A stretch of 64,000 bases of DNA from Synechococcus sp. (GTDB lineage Bacteria > Cyanobacteriota > Cyanobacteriia > PCC-6307 > Cyanobiaceae): assembly GCA_047285535.1 (NCBI GenBank), contig JBJBDC010000001.1, positions 672,136 to 736,135 on the forward strand, in the 5' to 3' direction. Under the pieces are notes generated by a model, which was not told the DNA's origin, made no database searches, and was given only the letters and a program-made list of their open reading frames with translations. This document shows, piece by piece, positions 1 through 10,305 of this stretch; position 1 is the first letter of the stretch, and every line of letters starts with the position of its first letter. A program made the translations under genes and the position numbers.

Positions 1-727
1 TCAGTAGAGATGCAGCAATGTTGTAGACCGTTGCCTCAACAAGTTGACTCACAGATGCAGGTGCAATGACCCAGTCACATACTTGATTCTTCTGATGAGT
101 TTCGGCCAAAGGCAGGCTTCGAATGCGGCCTTGTGAATCTCGGCTCACGACCAAAGCAAGTTCCTGCTCGTAGGAGATCCAGGATTCAATTAACCAATCC
201 TTGGGATCCACATTACGAAGAAGTCGAGTCAAATCATTTAAATTTTCTATTACACGAGTCCCTTTTCCGTCGTAACCACCGTAAGCAGCCTTCGCCATTA
301 CAGGGAAGCACCATCCGCTGGGTAAAGATGGAGATCCTGGATTAAGTTCAGCTAAAGAGATCCAATCTGGACTAGGTATTGAAAGATCATCAAGAAGTTT
401 TCGCTGGGACAATTTATTAACAAGTGGAACCAGACTTGCTAGTGAGGGAGTAAAATGAACACCCTGACGCTCTAGGGGCATCAGAGCATCTACAGCCACC
501 CATTCGTTTTCAAATGTGATACCGGAACAGTGTGAAGAAAGCTGTCTGGTTCCACTTACGTCTTTGGAATCAGCAAGAACCAATTCAGTGGCTATAGATG
601 CGGCTGGATCTTCAGCCTTTGAGGTTTGAACCGCAAGCTTCAAGCCCTTTGTTTGAGCTGCTTCAGCAAGCATTAGGGCTAGTTGACCGCCACCGATAAC
701 CCCAATTGTGTTGTCAGTGCTGGGCAT
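1..727 (-). CDS. purK: N5-carboxyaminoimidazole ribonucleotide synthase (partial, runs off left edge)
   Basis: Manual translation from ATG at 727 gives MPSTDNTIGVIGGGQLALMLAEAA, the PurK N-terminal GGGQL motif, with TFENEW further on. Absent from the ORF track because the stop lies outside the window. Confidence 0.93.
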   Translation of the reverse strand, partial: MPSTDNTIGVIGGGQLALMLAEAAQTKGLKLAVQTSKAEDPAASIATELVLADSKDVSGTRQLSSHCSGITFENEWVAVDALMPLERQGVHFTPSLASLVPLVNKLSQRKLLDDLSIPSPDWISLAELNPGSPSLPSGWCFPVMAKAAYGGYDGKGTRVIENLNDLTRLLRNVDPKDWLIESWISYEQELALVVSRDSQGRIRSLPLAETHQKNQVCDWVIAPASVSQLVEATVYNIAASLL

Positions 728-786
728 CTATTGCAGTCCGAATGGTGTCAGGTTGCCATCCTGACGCATCAGCGAGGATGGGAGCT

Positions 787-1686
787 CTAGATCAGCGATC
801 GTTCTCCTCCAAAAGCAACTCTCACGGCACTCAGTACTAAAACGAGCACAAATAAGGCCAAGCCAACCGTGCAGGCGTAGCTAATTTCAAGCTCAGCGAA
901 AGCCTGGTCGTAAACGTAATAAACCAATGTACGTGTGGAGTCTGCAGGTCCCCCCTGGGTCATCAGAAAGACTTCCTCAAAAACCTTGGTTGCTGCAATC
1001 GCTGAGATCACCGCCACCAAGGTGACGTAGGGACGCAGCAACGGCAGTGTGATATCAACATGCTTCCTCCAACCTTCACTGCCATCAAGCTCAGCCGCTT
1101 CATACAGTTCAGTTGGAATCCCTTGAAGCCCAGCAAGAAAAATCACCATGTAGTAACCCAGCCCTTTCCAAAGCGTGACGAGCATGACCGAGGGAAGGGC
1201 AAGCCATGGATTGGTCAGAAAATCAATTGGGATAAATCCTTGTCCAATCAGTGCCGCTAACCAACCATTGATCAAGCCGTTTTCTGCATAAAGCCAACGA
1301 AATGCGATAGCAGCCACAACGATCGACACCAACACTGGGGTATAAAAAGCGGCACGGAGAATATGCACACCTGGCAGGATTCGATTCACAAGAACGGCCA
1401 GAGTTAAGGCTCCGATCACGATGGGGGGAACCACACCAAATAAATAAATCAGTGTGGTGCCTAGAACCTGATAAAACATCGGATCAGCCAGCAGTCTCTG
1501 AAAGTTTGCAAATCCGATGAACTTGAGGGGTTCGGTCACATCCAGGCCCGTTTGGGTGAAGCTAATGACCAAGGCCATTAATGCCGGAACCAAGACGGAC
1601 AGACTCAAAAGGAAAAGAGCTGGTGCCAGAAACCCCCAGGCAATGAGCGTCGGCCGCTGTTTAGAGATTGAAGGTAAGGCCATCAC
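787..1686 (-). CDS. Carbohydrate ABC transporter permease (LacF/UgpA type)
   Basis: 299 aa with multiple TM segments and the EAA motif LYEAAELDG. Confidence 0.92.
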   Translation of the reverse strand: MMALPSISKQRPTLIAWGFLAPALFLLSLSVLVPALMALVISFTQTGLDVTEPLKFIGFANFQRLLADPMFYQVLGTTLIYLFGVVPPIVIGALTLAVLVNRILPGVHILRAAFYTPVLVSIVVAAIAFRWLYAENGLINGWLAALIGQGFIPIDFLTNPWLALPSVMLVTLWKGLGYYMVIFLAGLQGIPTELYEAAELDGSEGWRKHVDITLPLLRPYVTLVAVISAIAATKVFEEVFLMTQGGPADSTRTLVYYVYDQAFAELEISYACTVGLALFVLVLVLSAVRVAFGGERSLI

Positions 1687-2867
1687 CGGCGCCGATGGGT
1701 TTGCAGGAGAATAAGGCCATCACAGCGGCCGGCATGATTAAGTCCCAACCGAGCACAGCAGCATCGACAGGGGTTAGACGCCTGAGCGTTGCACTTGATC
1801 GAAATCCTTATGACGTTGTAATCAACTCCGGTGGGTTGGATCAACTCGGAGCTGAATTGCAACGAATGGGGATTCGTCCTGAAACAAAAATCCTGGTCGT
1901 GAGCAATCCAGAGATCGCGGCTCTCTATGGACAACGATGTCTTTCCAGCCTCAGCAATGCTGGTTTTCATCCAACACTGTTGACGATTCCCGCGGGTGAA
2001 GATCAGAAGACCTTGGAGACCTTTGGCAAGATTCTGGACGCTGCCAAAGAGCAGAGCCTCGAGCGTCAGTCACTCATGGTTGCTTTAGGTGGCGGAGTCG
2101 TGGGTGACATGACTGGCTTTGCAGCATCCTGCTGGCTGCGTGGCATCGATGTGGTGCAAGTTCCCACGACGCTCCTGGCCATGGTTGATGCAGCGATCGG
2201 AGGAAAAACAGGTGTCAATCATCCAGGGGGAAAAAACCTGATCGGCGCTTTTCACCAGCCACGGTTGGTGATGATTGATCCAGAGACACTTCAGACTCTT
2301 CCAGTTCGAGAATTTAGGGCTGGTCTTGCTGAGGTGATCAAATATGGAGTGATTGGAGATCCTGAACTTTTCGCACTTCTAGAGGATTCCGATTGTCTTG
2401 CCGATCCTTCGAAGATTTCACATGATCTGCTTGAGACGATGCTCGAACGATCTGCCAAAGCGAAAGCACGAGTTGTGGCTGCAGATGAAAAGGAGGGTGG
2501 TCAACGGGCAATTCTGAATTACGGGCACACCTTCGGGCATGTGGTTGAAACTTTGACGGGCTACGGAACCTGGCTTCATGGAGAAGCTGTTGCGATCGGA
2601 ATGATGGCTGTAGCTGTATTGGCAGTACAACGCGGACTCTTCCCACAAAACGAAGCTGATCGTCAGATGCAGGTCATTCAAAGCGCCGGTTTACCGACTC
2701 AATGGCCTGATCTCAATCCAAAATCGGTGCTGCAAACTCTTCAAGGCGACAAAAAAGTCCGTCACGGTCAAATTCGTTTTGTGTTGCCCTCAAGAATTGG
2801 CTCAGTATCGATTGTTGATGATGTGAGCAGTGATGAGATCACATGCTGTCTGAGTGCGATGGGCTGA
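1668..2867 (+). CDS. aroB: 3-dehydroquinate synthase (true start probably downstream)
   Basis: [35 protein letters not shown] and HGEAV motifs. Confidence 0.97.
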   Translation: MKVRPSPAPMGLQENKAITAAGMIKSQPSTAASTGVRRLSVALDRNPYDVVINSGGLDQLGAELQRMGIRPETKILVVSNPEIAALYGQRCLSSLSNAGFHPTLLTIPAGEDQKTLETFGKILDAAKEQSLERQSLMVALGGGVVGDMTGFAASCWLRGIDVVQVPTTLLAMVDAAIGGKTGVNHPGGKNLIGAFHQPRLVMIDPETLQTLPVREFRAGLAEVIKYGVIGDPELFALLEDSDCLADPSKISHDLLETMLERSAKAKARVVAADEKEGGQRAILNYGHTFGHVVETLTGYGTWLHGEAVAIGMMAVAVLAVQRGLFPQNEADRQMQVIQSAGLPTQWPDLNPKSVLQTLQGDKKVRHGQIRFVLPSRIGSVSIVDDVSSDEITCCLSAMG

Positions 2868-4152
2868 TTGCGCTGATGCCAGTTGGTTCTCGTAGAAATA
2901 GGCTTTTCTCCTCTATTCCTTTTCTTTGGCAGGAAGGGTTCAAACGATGAAAAGAGAGCCAACGAAAGTCTCCAAGACAAGCAGGATCGACGAGTCGCAA
3001 GATGGCCTCTCGTCGTTGTAGAGCTTCAGCCAGTTGTCGACCTGGAAGCTGCTGGAGACTGTTGAGACGCTCTGCAAGCCCTAAGGCCAGCAAGGCCTCA
3101 CCCTGGCGACATTGCCCCTCTAAAGACCAACCATTGGTAGTGGCTTGATGCACCATGGTCTCAATGCAGAGGTGGGCCGTGAGATCTTGCTCTCCTGCAT
3201 CAACCAAAAGGTTGTGACTCGCTTGCTGGTTCCGATAAGCCATCAGGGTGCCCTGGTTGCGAAAGGGTGCGTAATACCTCTGAGCTTCGAGTGCGTAATC
3301 AACAACAAGAAGATGGCCGCAGATCAGGGCGTCAGAGGCTTCGGCGAACCAACAAGCAAGACGGTCATGCCATTCGGTTGTCCATCTCTCTTCAGCACCA
3401 TCCGGGGGTAAAGGAATCTGGGTTGCTGCCAGGGTTGAATCGATTCGCTCTTGAAGCGACTCAGGAATCGGTTCTGTTCCCCAAATCAGACCAACACGTC
3501 CACCTTCCATTCGCACAGACTCAATTGTCTGACGATGGAACCGTCCATCGCGGAGCACGAGACGCTCGACAGGTAAGGCATCCAGAAGCTCATGAGCAAT
3601 CACAACTCCGATCACAGGCTTCTTCTTCAGCTCTGACAACAAAGCCCAACGCCAAGGCAAACGTGGATAGGAAGCACCGGCTCGCTGATGTTGCTCCAGA
3701 CAGTCGCGTTGGCGGCTTTCCATCCCACGGTTGGCTTCGACCAGAACAAGCTCCAATCGAGGGACTAAATCGGGAAGCTGATCAGCTAGATAGTCCATGA
3801 GATCACAACTCATCGCAGCTTCGCCAGGACCAACTTCGACGATGGACAGCGTTTCGGTGGTGTGAGTCAGGGCAAGATTCCGAATCCACTGGACAATCTG
3901 ACGACCCATGAGCGCTGAAAAATCACACCCCAGAGTTGCTGAGGTCACAAAATCACCACTCGGGCCAATTCGCAGTCGCCCACTGCCGTAAGCACCATGC
4001 TCAGGGTCATGCAAAGCCCAGGCCATGAATTGAGAGAAGGGAACAGACCCTGCAGATTCGTCAAAACGCTCTTGAAGCCAGGAGGGACAGGGCACAGCAG
4101 GACCGTTCATTGGTGAGAATGCCTGTAATGCGTCAGAGCCATGGGAACACAT
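2839..4152 (-). CDS. MidA/NDUFAF7-family SAM-dependent methyltransferase
   Basis: [35 protein letters not shown] and QDLTAH motifs. Confidence 0.88.
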   Translation of the reverse strand: MCSHGSDALQAFSPMNGPAVPCPSWLQERFDESAGSVPFSQFMAWALHDPEHGAYGSGRLRIGPSGDFVTSATLGCDFSALMGRQIVQWIRNLALTHTTETLSIVEVGPGEAAMSCDLMDYLADQLPDLVPRLELVLVEANRGMESRQRDCLEQHQRAGASYPRLPWRWALLSELKKKPVIGVVIAHELLDALPVERLVLRDGRFHRQTIESVRMEGGRVGLIWGTEPIPESLQERIDSTLAATQIPLPPDGAEERWTTEWHDRLACWFAEASDALICGHLLVVDYALEAQRYYAPFRNQGTLMAYRNQQASHNLLVDAGEQDLTAHLCIETMVHQATTNGWSLEGQCRQGEALLALGLAERLNSLQQLPGRQLAEALQRREAILRLVDPACLGDFRWLSFHRLNPSCQRKGIEEKSLFLREPTGISAISPSHSDSM

Positions 4153-4950
4153 CAGCGCTTCATTCGACTTCTGTTCCCAGTGATGAGCTTATTTCTCTTG
4201 CTCAACATCGCAAGCCCTGTTTTAGCGAGTGATAATCCAGATCTCCTTCCAGATCACCCAACTCCTGTCATCGACCTGGCACGTGCCTTCAGCGACAATG
4301 AACGGCAAGAACTGGAACTATCGCTGAATCAGTTTGAAGAGAGGAGTGGTTGGAAGCTGAGAGTGCTCACTCAGTACGAACGCACTCCTGGATTCGCTGT
4401 TAAAGACTTTTGGGGTTTAGATGAACGTAGTTTGTTGATTGTGGGAGATCCTCGCGGCGGCAACCTCCTCAATTTCAACGTGGGGGATGCCTTTTTTGCA
4501 TTGATGCCACGCACGTGGTGGGTGGAACTTCAGACGCGTTATGGAAACCAGTATTATGTTCGGGACAACGGAGAAGATGGTTCCATTCTTGCAGCGATCG
4601 GTGCAGTGGAGCTTTGTCTTGATCGTGGTGGATGTCAGTTCGTGCCTGGTCTCCCTCAGGAACAATGGCTTTTAACCCTTGCAACATCTGTTCTTGGTGG
4701 ATTGATCGCAGGATTTGCCGCCTATCCACGCAAGGAGGATGAACGCATCGCCTGGGCGTGGGTCCTGCTGCTATCCCCTTTGTGGGTGATGTTGTTTGGA
4801 GTCTTTGGGATTGCGCCTGTGGTGACAAGAACTAACGATCTGCTTCCGTTGATCCGAAATGGGATGGGATTTATTGGAGGAATGGCGGGTGCCTACCTCA
4901 TAGCCCAAGCAACCGTTGGCCGAAAATTATCTGAAGATTCAGATCATTAA
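4141..4950 (+). CDS. TPM-domain thylakoid-type membrane protein
   Basis: Signal peptide, PVIDLA...GWKLRVLTQ...LQTRYGNQYYVRDNGED, C-terminal TM helices. Confidence 0.82.
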   Translation: MGTHQRFIRLLFPVMSLFLLLNIASPVLASDNPDLLPDHPTPVIDLARAFSDNERQELELSLNQFEERSGWKLRVLTQYERTPGFAVKDFWGLDERSLLIVGDPRGGNLLNFNVGDAFFALMPRTWWVELQTRYGNQYYVRDNGEDGSILAAIGAVELCLDRGGCQFVPGLPQEQWLLTLATSVLGGLIAGFAAYPRKEDERIAWAWVLLLSPLWVMLFGVFGIAPVVTRTNDLLPLIRNGMGFIGGMAGAYLIAQATVGRKLSEDSDH

Positions 4951-4957
4951 AACTGAG

Positions 4958-5698
4958 TCATGGCATACCACAGAGAATTGTTGGTCCATGACAAACGGGA
5001 GCAACAGGGCCATTTGTCTTTGACTTTCCGCTGAGAGACGCTTGACGCTTATCTCTGATTTGCCGAAGCTGGCTTAAATTAAAATTATAAAACGATTTGA
5101 GATTGGAGAATCGTTTTACAGGTTGTCCGTAATAGCTATGGCCCCGAAGTGTTGGGAATGACGCCCACTCAGGTGCAAGTTTGGCTGCAAGCAAGGGAGT
5201 CATCACACCGCCATCAGTCAGACGAAGTGCCTTACGTCTTTGTACCAAAAACAGCGCCCCTTGATCCTGAGCTTCAGGACCGAAACCACGAACTCCCAAA
5301 CTTCGTTTCACAAGATCCCATGTGAACGGCATAAATTGATAGGCACCAGCTGCTGCACTTGCATAACGTGATGAATAAATGACGCGATCGGGATGGCGGT
5401 CCATCGATCTCATCAGGCCTCCTCCGAACATCACGCGGTAGCCAATGTCATGACCGTTTTTCCAGGTTCCTTCTGCAAAGCGAATTGTGTTTAAAAGAGC
5501 GCGTCTCTCAGGAGTAATGACATAGGGGAGAGCGCTGGCTTGAGAGTCCTCTGAAGTCGTGATCAGCCCAGATCGCGAGGATTCAAGAGTTGGAATAGAG
5601 GCGACAACGGCGTGAGCAGACTGGGAACTTAGAAGTGGGACAAAACTTGCAAGGGCCGTAGGTAAACAACGAACGGCTGTTTTCGCAAGGAAAGTCAT
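4958..5698 (-). CDS. Glycoside hydrolase family 104 (lambda-type) muramidase with signal peptide
   Basis: ALLNTIRFAEGT, SAAAGAYQF, FGPEAQD and EWASFP motifs. Start set at ATG 5698, which gives a signal peptide. Confidence 0.88.
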   Translation of the reverse strand: MTFLAKTAVRCLPTALASFVPLLSSQSAHAVVASIPTLESSRSGLITTSEDSQASALPYVITPERRALLNTIRFAEGTWKNGHDIGYRVMFGGGLMRSMDRHPDRVIYSSRYASAAAGAYQFMPFTWDLVKRSLGVRGFGPEAQDQGALFLVQRRKALRLTDGGVMTPLLAAKLAPEWASFPTLRGHSYYGQPVKRFSNLKSFYNFNLSQLRQIRDKRQASLSGKSKTNGPVAPVCHGPTILCGMP

Positions 5699-5856
5699 GA
5701 GCAATAAGAAGGCAGATTGACCAGATGAGAAATTGATCACGCTGTTTGGAGACAGCTGAGGGAATATCAGATTTAGTCTTTGAAAGGTAAAAGGTATAGG
5801 AGACGCTGGAACTTTGACGAACTCACTCGGGAGACCCAAGTTCTGATGTGCCAGGC

Positions 5857-5956
5857 AAAAAACCGTCCCCGAACGCAGCCGAGACTCAGATGGGACGCAA
5901 CAAGGGGCAACGCAAGAGGAGGCGGGACGTTTGGAGCGAGATTAATAAAAATTATG
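5857..5956 (-). ncRNA. Candidate small RNA or terminated leader upstream of the muramidase
   Basis: On the minus strand: CATAAT -10-like element, then GCGTCCC...GGGACGG stem followed by TTTTTT. Confidence 0.3.
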
Positions 5957-5972
5957 GCTGTAATGAGTCATG

Positions 5973-7058
5973 TTAAACAGTGCTTAGTGCGACACGTACA
6001 ACAGACTTGGCTGCTTCTTCTGCTCCTTGTTTGGGGAGCGCCGGATGAATCGATTTCACCAAGGGTTGATCCAACTCCCACGCACCGTTGTTGAGTGATT
6101 CACGACCAATAATCCTGTGTTGTCCGAACTGTCGAAGGCCATGCATCAGTACGGAAGCTTCTGCGAAACCATCACGCTCAACCACGTGCAGACCTAGATC
6201 TAGACTTAGTGCCTCACAAAAGGTGCTGTATCCAGGCTTACCCAAATGTCGTTGACAAAAAGGCATCACATCAAAGGGACGTAGATGCTGAGGAAGAAAA
6301 GTGACATTGGGTTCCGATTCAAACAGCGAGCGCAGGTCTGAAGAAACTGGAGCTGGCATCAAGAAATGGTGATTTGGCCAAAGTCGAAATAAGACGGGAT
6401 CCAACTGGAAGCCCAAACCCCCAAAACCAACGAGAACAAGAGGCTTTCGTATCTGCACAAGCTGATCGTGGAAATCAGCAGGCAGGTCCCGCAATTCCGG
6501 CACAGTGAGTCCTAACTGCAGCTCCTCTAATCCCCAGTTCATGGAAAGAGAAAAAGGGCAACGCAGAAGCATCTGTCCGCACTCATACTTCGCTTTAGCG
6601 GCGGCCGCATAATCAAGGAAGAGGTCACCGAGAGGTTCGTAAATATCGTCCCAACCGAAATTCCCCATCCAGATCAAAGGTGCTCCAAGTCGATCAGCTA
6701 GATCTGCTGCCGCAGGTGGAATATCACCAACAACAACAATGGGTGTGTTGAACTTCGCAAGCCAGGCAGCTTCTTGATTCAGGAGGGACGGAAGCCTCTT
6801 GTCAAGATCTCTCAAAGACTGCAATGTCTTGTGTTGATCTACACCGAGAGCGTCGGCTTGAACCATCCCGACATCCCAGCCAACGCAACGCTGTTCCACT
6901 GGGATGTCGCCGCAAACCAACGAGAGGAACTCGGTTGAGACAGCAGAGCTGACAACCAACCTCCACGACGGCTCAAGCCGATGCAAGGCTCTTAATACAG
7001 TTGCTTGTCGCGCAGCATGGCCAAAACCATGGCTGCTTAGACAGACATAGATCAGCAT
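5973..7058 (-). CDS. Glycosyltransferase-like (GT-B) conserved protein
   Basis: SSHGFGHAAR N-terminal motif, GDIPP, NFGWDDIY, KPGYSTFCEA. Confidence 0.75.
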   Translation of the reverse strand: MLIYVCLSSHGFGHAARQATVLRALHRLEPSWRLVVSSAVSTEFLSLVCGDIPVEQRCVGWDVGMVQADALGVDQHKTLQSLRDLDKRLPSLLNQEAAWLAKFNTPIVVVGDIPPAAADLADRLGAPLIWMGNFGWDDIYEPLGDLFLDYAAAAKAKYECGQMLLRCPFSLSMNWGLEELQLGLTVPELRDLPADFHDQLVQIRKPLVLVGFGGLGFQLDPVLFRLWPNHHFLMPAPVSSDLRSLFESEPNVTFLPQHLRPFDVMPFCQRHLGKPGYSTFCEALSLDLGLHVVERDGFAEASVLMHGLRQFGQHRIIGRESLNNGAWELDQPLVKSIHPALPKQGAEEAAKSVVRVALSTV

Positions 7059-7909
7059 GAAGTTGATTCAGGACTGGGTCGGCGCCACAAGGTTTGCTCA
7101 TAAACCAGTTTTCCATTGGGCTGAAACCAGCGATGACTCACAAGGCAGAGATCACGTTTTTCAAATTCAACCCAAGTGAAATGAATCAATGGCTGTCCAG
7201 CTTCATCGGAACCAGACCGCGGGACACAGGCAGCATTGACGTAGGCCGTTCCATAACGATCTCGATGAAACGTCGTTCGCTCGCCCTTTCCGCCTCTGAG
7301 CTTGTGATGCATGTGGCCAAACACCACAAGATCAGCCGCGCGTCTTGAACGCATGGTCTCAAGAGCCATGGTGAGATCCAGATCCCCCCAGTCGATATAT
7401 GGGTGCTTCCAATCCCGGCCGCAGATGCTGGATGCGTCCGACCCGAGTCCGGCAGGTCCGCTATGGGCTAACACCACCAATGGCCAATCCTCAGGGGCCT
7501 GGGATGCCGCATGAACAATGCGGTTAGCCGACTCCTGTTGTGTAACTGGTCCAAACACAGCTTGCACTGCCCGAGAGAGATGAAAACCACCACCTGCACT
7601 GCAAGGTCGAGCACCCACTACGGCAACAGCTGGCCTTGGCCAATCACGCAATTTCCAGGAGCAATCCAGATCCCCCAACATTGAAAGTTGCTGCCTTAAT
7701 TGTTCGCCGCTGCGATCCCGACCACGATCATGATTACCAAGGATCACTGCACAGGGGAGCTGGAGGCGTGTGATTGCCTTCACTAAACGCAGGTCCCCGT
7801 CGCTCAGATCTCCAACGAATAACAAGGCATCAGGTCGTAACCGATCGAGCAGATACTCGTCCTGACAGCTCCAATCTCCATGAAGATCTCCTGCTATGGC
7901 GAGGCGCAA
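7052..7909 (-). CDS. Calcineurin-like metallophosphoesterase (TIGR04168-like)
   Basis: GDLHG, GD, GNHD and FGHMH metallophosphoesterase motifs. Confidence 0.88.
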   Translation of the reverse strand: MRLAIAGDLHGDWSCQDEYLLDRLRPDALLFVGDLSDGDLRLVKAITRLQLPCAVILGNHDRGRDRSGEQLRQQLSMLGDLDCSWKLRDWPRPAVAVVGARPCSAGGGFHLSRAVQAVFGPVTQQESANRIVHAASQAPEDWPLVVLAHSGPAGLGSDASSICGRDWKHPYIDWGDLDLTMALETMRSRRAADLVVFGHMHHKLRGGKGERTTFHRDRYGTAYVNAACVPRSGSDEAGQPLIHFTWVEFEKRDLCLVSHRWFQPNGKLVYEQTLWRRPSPESTSC

Positions 7910-7934
7910 TCTGGTCAGCAGTCGTGCCTAGGCT

Positions 7935-8939
7935 TTGAACATCCTGACTGATAGCACCAGAATGTCTGCTGTTCATGCCAAGACAGGTCAACAGGTCAGG
8001 ACGATGACTGAACCACCAGACGATCTCGTCAGCGCCATCAATCAGCTACGAGAGACAAGAAATGCAATTATTTTGGCGCACTATTACCAAGAGCCAGAGA
8101 TCCAAGATATTGCTGACTTCATCGGAGATTCACTGGAATTATCAAGAAAAGCCGCCAACACCAGTGCAGATGTAATCGTGTTCTGTGGTGTGCATTTCAT
8201 GGCAGAGACTGCAAAGATCCTGAGCCCCGAAAAAACGGTGTTATTGCCTGATATCGAGGCGGGATGCTCCTTAGCCGACGATTGCCCGGCGGATGAATTC
8301 GAATCCTTTAGGGCTGAACATCCCGACCATTTTGTCGTGAGCTATATCAACTGCACAGCAGCCGTAAAAGCACAAAGCGATCTGATCTGCACAAGCAGCA
8401 ATGCAGTAGATCTAGTGAAACAGCTTCCAATTGATCAGCCAATATTATTTGCTCCTGATCAAAACCTGGGACGATGGGTTCAACGACAAAGTGGACGAGA
8501 TCTCACCCTATGGCCAGGACGATGCGTAGTTCATGAAACATTTAGCGAAGAAGCTCTTATCAAACTAAAACTACAATATCCAAAAGCAGAAGTTATTGCT
8601 CATCCCGAATGCCAGGAAAACTTACTAGACCTAGCTGACTTTATCGGCTCTACAAGCAAACTACTGTCCTATTGCCAGAAAAGCTCTTCAACTACTTTTA
8701 TTGTTTTAACAGAGCCAGGGATTATTCATCAGATGAGCAAAGCAGTTCCCAATAAAACATTCATCGACGTTCCAGGTCTAGATGGCTGCAGCTGCAATGC
8801 CTGTCCATACATGCGGCTCAACACCCTAGAGAAATTATGGAGATGTCTGTACACACTTAAGCCGGAAATCTCAATGAAAGAATCTGACAGAGTGAAGGCT
8901 TTGCAGCCCATGCAAAGAATGCTTGAGATGAGCCACTAA
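7935..8939 (+). CDS. nadA: Quinolinate synthase (start may be 7962 or 8004)
   Basis: [41 protein letters not shown] and CPYM motifs. Confidence 0.97.
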   Translation: MNILTDSTRMSAVHAKTGQQVRTMTEPPDDLVSAINQLRETRNAIILAHYYQEPEIQDIADFIGDSLELSRKAANTSADVIVFCGVHFMAETAKILSPEKTVLLPDIEAGCSLADDCPADEFESFRAEHPDHFVVSYINCTAAVKAQSDLICTSSNAVDLVKQLPIDQPILFAPDQNLGRWVQRQSGRDLTLWPGRCVVHETFSEEALIKLKLQYPKAEVIAHPECQENLLDLADFIGSTSKLLSYCQKSSSTTFIVLTEPGIIHQMSKAVPNKTFIDVPGLDGCSCNACPYMRLNTLEKLWRCLYTLKPEISMKESDRVKALQPMQRMLEMSH

Positions 8940-9260
8940 CGACAGGTGATCACGTTAACAGTCCAACCCGAATCCAGCCTCATGACGCAATAAAGTACAG
9001 ACATCTTTGCTTCTACAAATCAACAACTCAAGAAAATACAATTATTTATACAAACGAAGCGTGCATTTAAGGGAGGTTTTTATCGGCCATGTTCGTTAGC
9101 AGAAACTCTTTGATGAACACAGAAGAGACCAAAATGCGCTGACAAATTCATGCTTTTCGAGTAGCAACTTCCGGGAACAGGTCACTGACCAAATATCGAC
9201 CATCACATCGTGATGGACTGAACACAACACATCAAGTAAGCGCCTTGCCAGAGTCATCTG

Positions 9261-10238
9261 ATGCCAATGCTTGAGAACACCAAGAGCGGCCTCTACTGCA
9301 GAGCAGCTGATGCCTGGATCGACCCTTCCTCTCCAGTGGCGAGAGCTCTGATCACGCATGCCCACGCCGATCATGCCAAACCTGGATGCGGGGAATACTG
9401 GGCTGTTGATCAAAGTGAGGGCATTCTCAGGCAGCGCTTAGGGGGTGACATCACCTTGAATCCCATGCCCTATGGCCAGCCGTTCTGGCTGAACCAAGCA
9501 TGTGTGTCATTTCACAGCGCCGGACATGTGCTGGGCTCTGCACAAATCCGCCTCCAGGTTGAAAACGAGGTGTGGGTCGTGACAGGTGACTACAAACGTT
9601 GCCCAGATCCCAGCTGCGAACCCTTCGAAGTCGTGCCCTGCAACGTATTAATCACCGAGGCCACCTTCGCGCTACCCATCTACAACTGGGAACCAGGTAG
9701 GCGGATCGCTGAGCAGATCCGGAACTGGTGGTATGGCGATCGGAGCAGAACATCCCTGCTGTTTTGTTATGCCTTCGGGAAAGCACAACGCTTGCTCGCG
9801 GAGCTGCACGCGATCGGGGTCTCGGAAGAAGTGCTTCTCCATGGAGCCGTTGAAACCGTGACCCGTCACTATCGCGCTGCAGAGGTACCGATGGTCCCGA
9901 GCCGACCCGTCAGTGAGCTTCCCCGCAAGGATGATCTCTCCGGGCGCTTAGTGCTAGCGCCACCATCAGCACATCGCTCCAGCTGGATGCGCCGATTCAA
10001 AGCACCTCAAACCGCCTTCGCTTCTGGCTGGATGGCTGTACGTGGTGCTCGAAGACGCAGGGGCTATGAACGCGGCTTCGTACTTAGCGATCATGCTGAC
10101 TGGAAGGGTCTGATCCAAACCGTCAAAGACACTGGAGCCCAACGTGTTTATGTGACCCACGGGCAGGACGATGTCTTCGCCCGCTACCTGAGAGAAGTGC
10201 AGGGCGTAGAGGCTCACCCACTATCTGTGCTCGTTTGA
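9261..10238 (+). CDS. Ligase-associated DNA damage response exonuclease (metallo-beta-lactamase fold)
   Basis: ITHAHADHA, AGHVLGSAQ, TGDYK, ITEATF, LSDHADW and THG motifs; upstream of ligase and helicase. Confidence 0.92.
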   Translation: MPMLENTKSGLYCRAADAWIDPSSPVARALITHAHADHAKPGCGEYWAVDQSEGILRQRLGGDITLNPMPYGQPFWLNQACVSFHSAGHVLGSAQIRLQVENEVWVVTGDYKRCPDPSCEPFEVVPCNVLITEATFALPIYNWEPGRRIAEQIRNWWYGDRSRTSLLFCYAFGKAQRLLAELHAIGVSEEVLLHGAVETVTRHYRAAEVPMVPSRPVSELPRKDDLSGRLVLAPPSAHRSSWMRRFKAPQTAFASGWMAVRGARRRRGYERGFVLSDHADWKGLIQTVKDTGAQRVYVTHGQDDVFARYLREVQGVEAHPLSVLV

Positions 10239-10305
10239 TTTAGCTTCTGATCTTAAAGGGTTAATTGCGAAAATCATGCTCGCCACTTCAACAAAGGCCT
10301 GAGTT

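Noticed and set aside
7052..7909. Metallophosphoesterase as the missing PdeM/MPE of the repair cluster
   Set aside because: It is on the opposite strand, separated by nadA, coupled to the glycosyltransferase-like gene, and its motifs fit the TIGR04168-like family
8994..9006. AGTACAGACATCT as a LexA box for the repair cluster
   Set aside because: Only one half-site matches the cyanobacterial RGTAC-N3-DGTWC consensus
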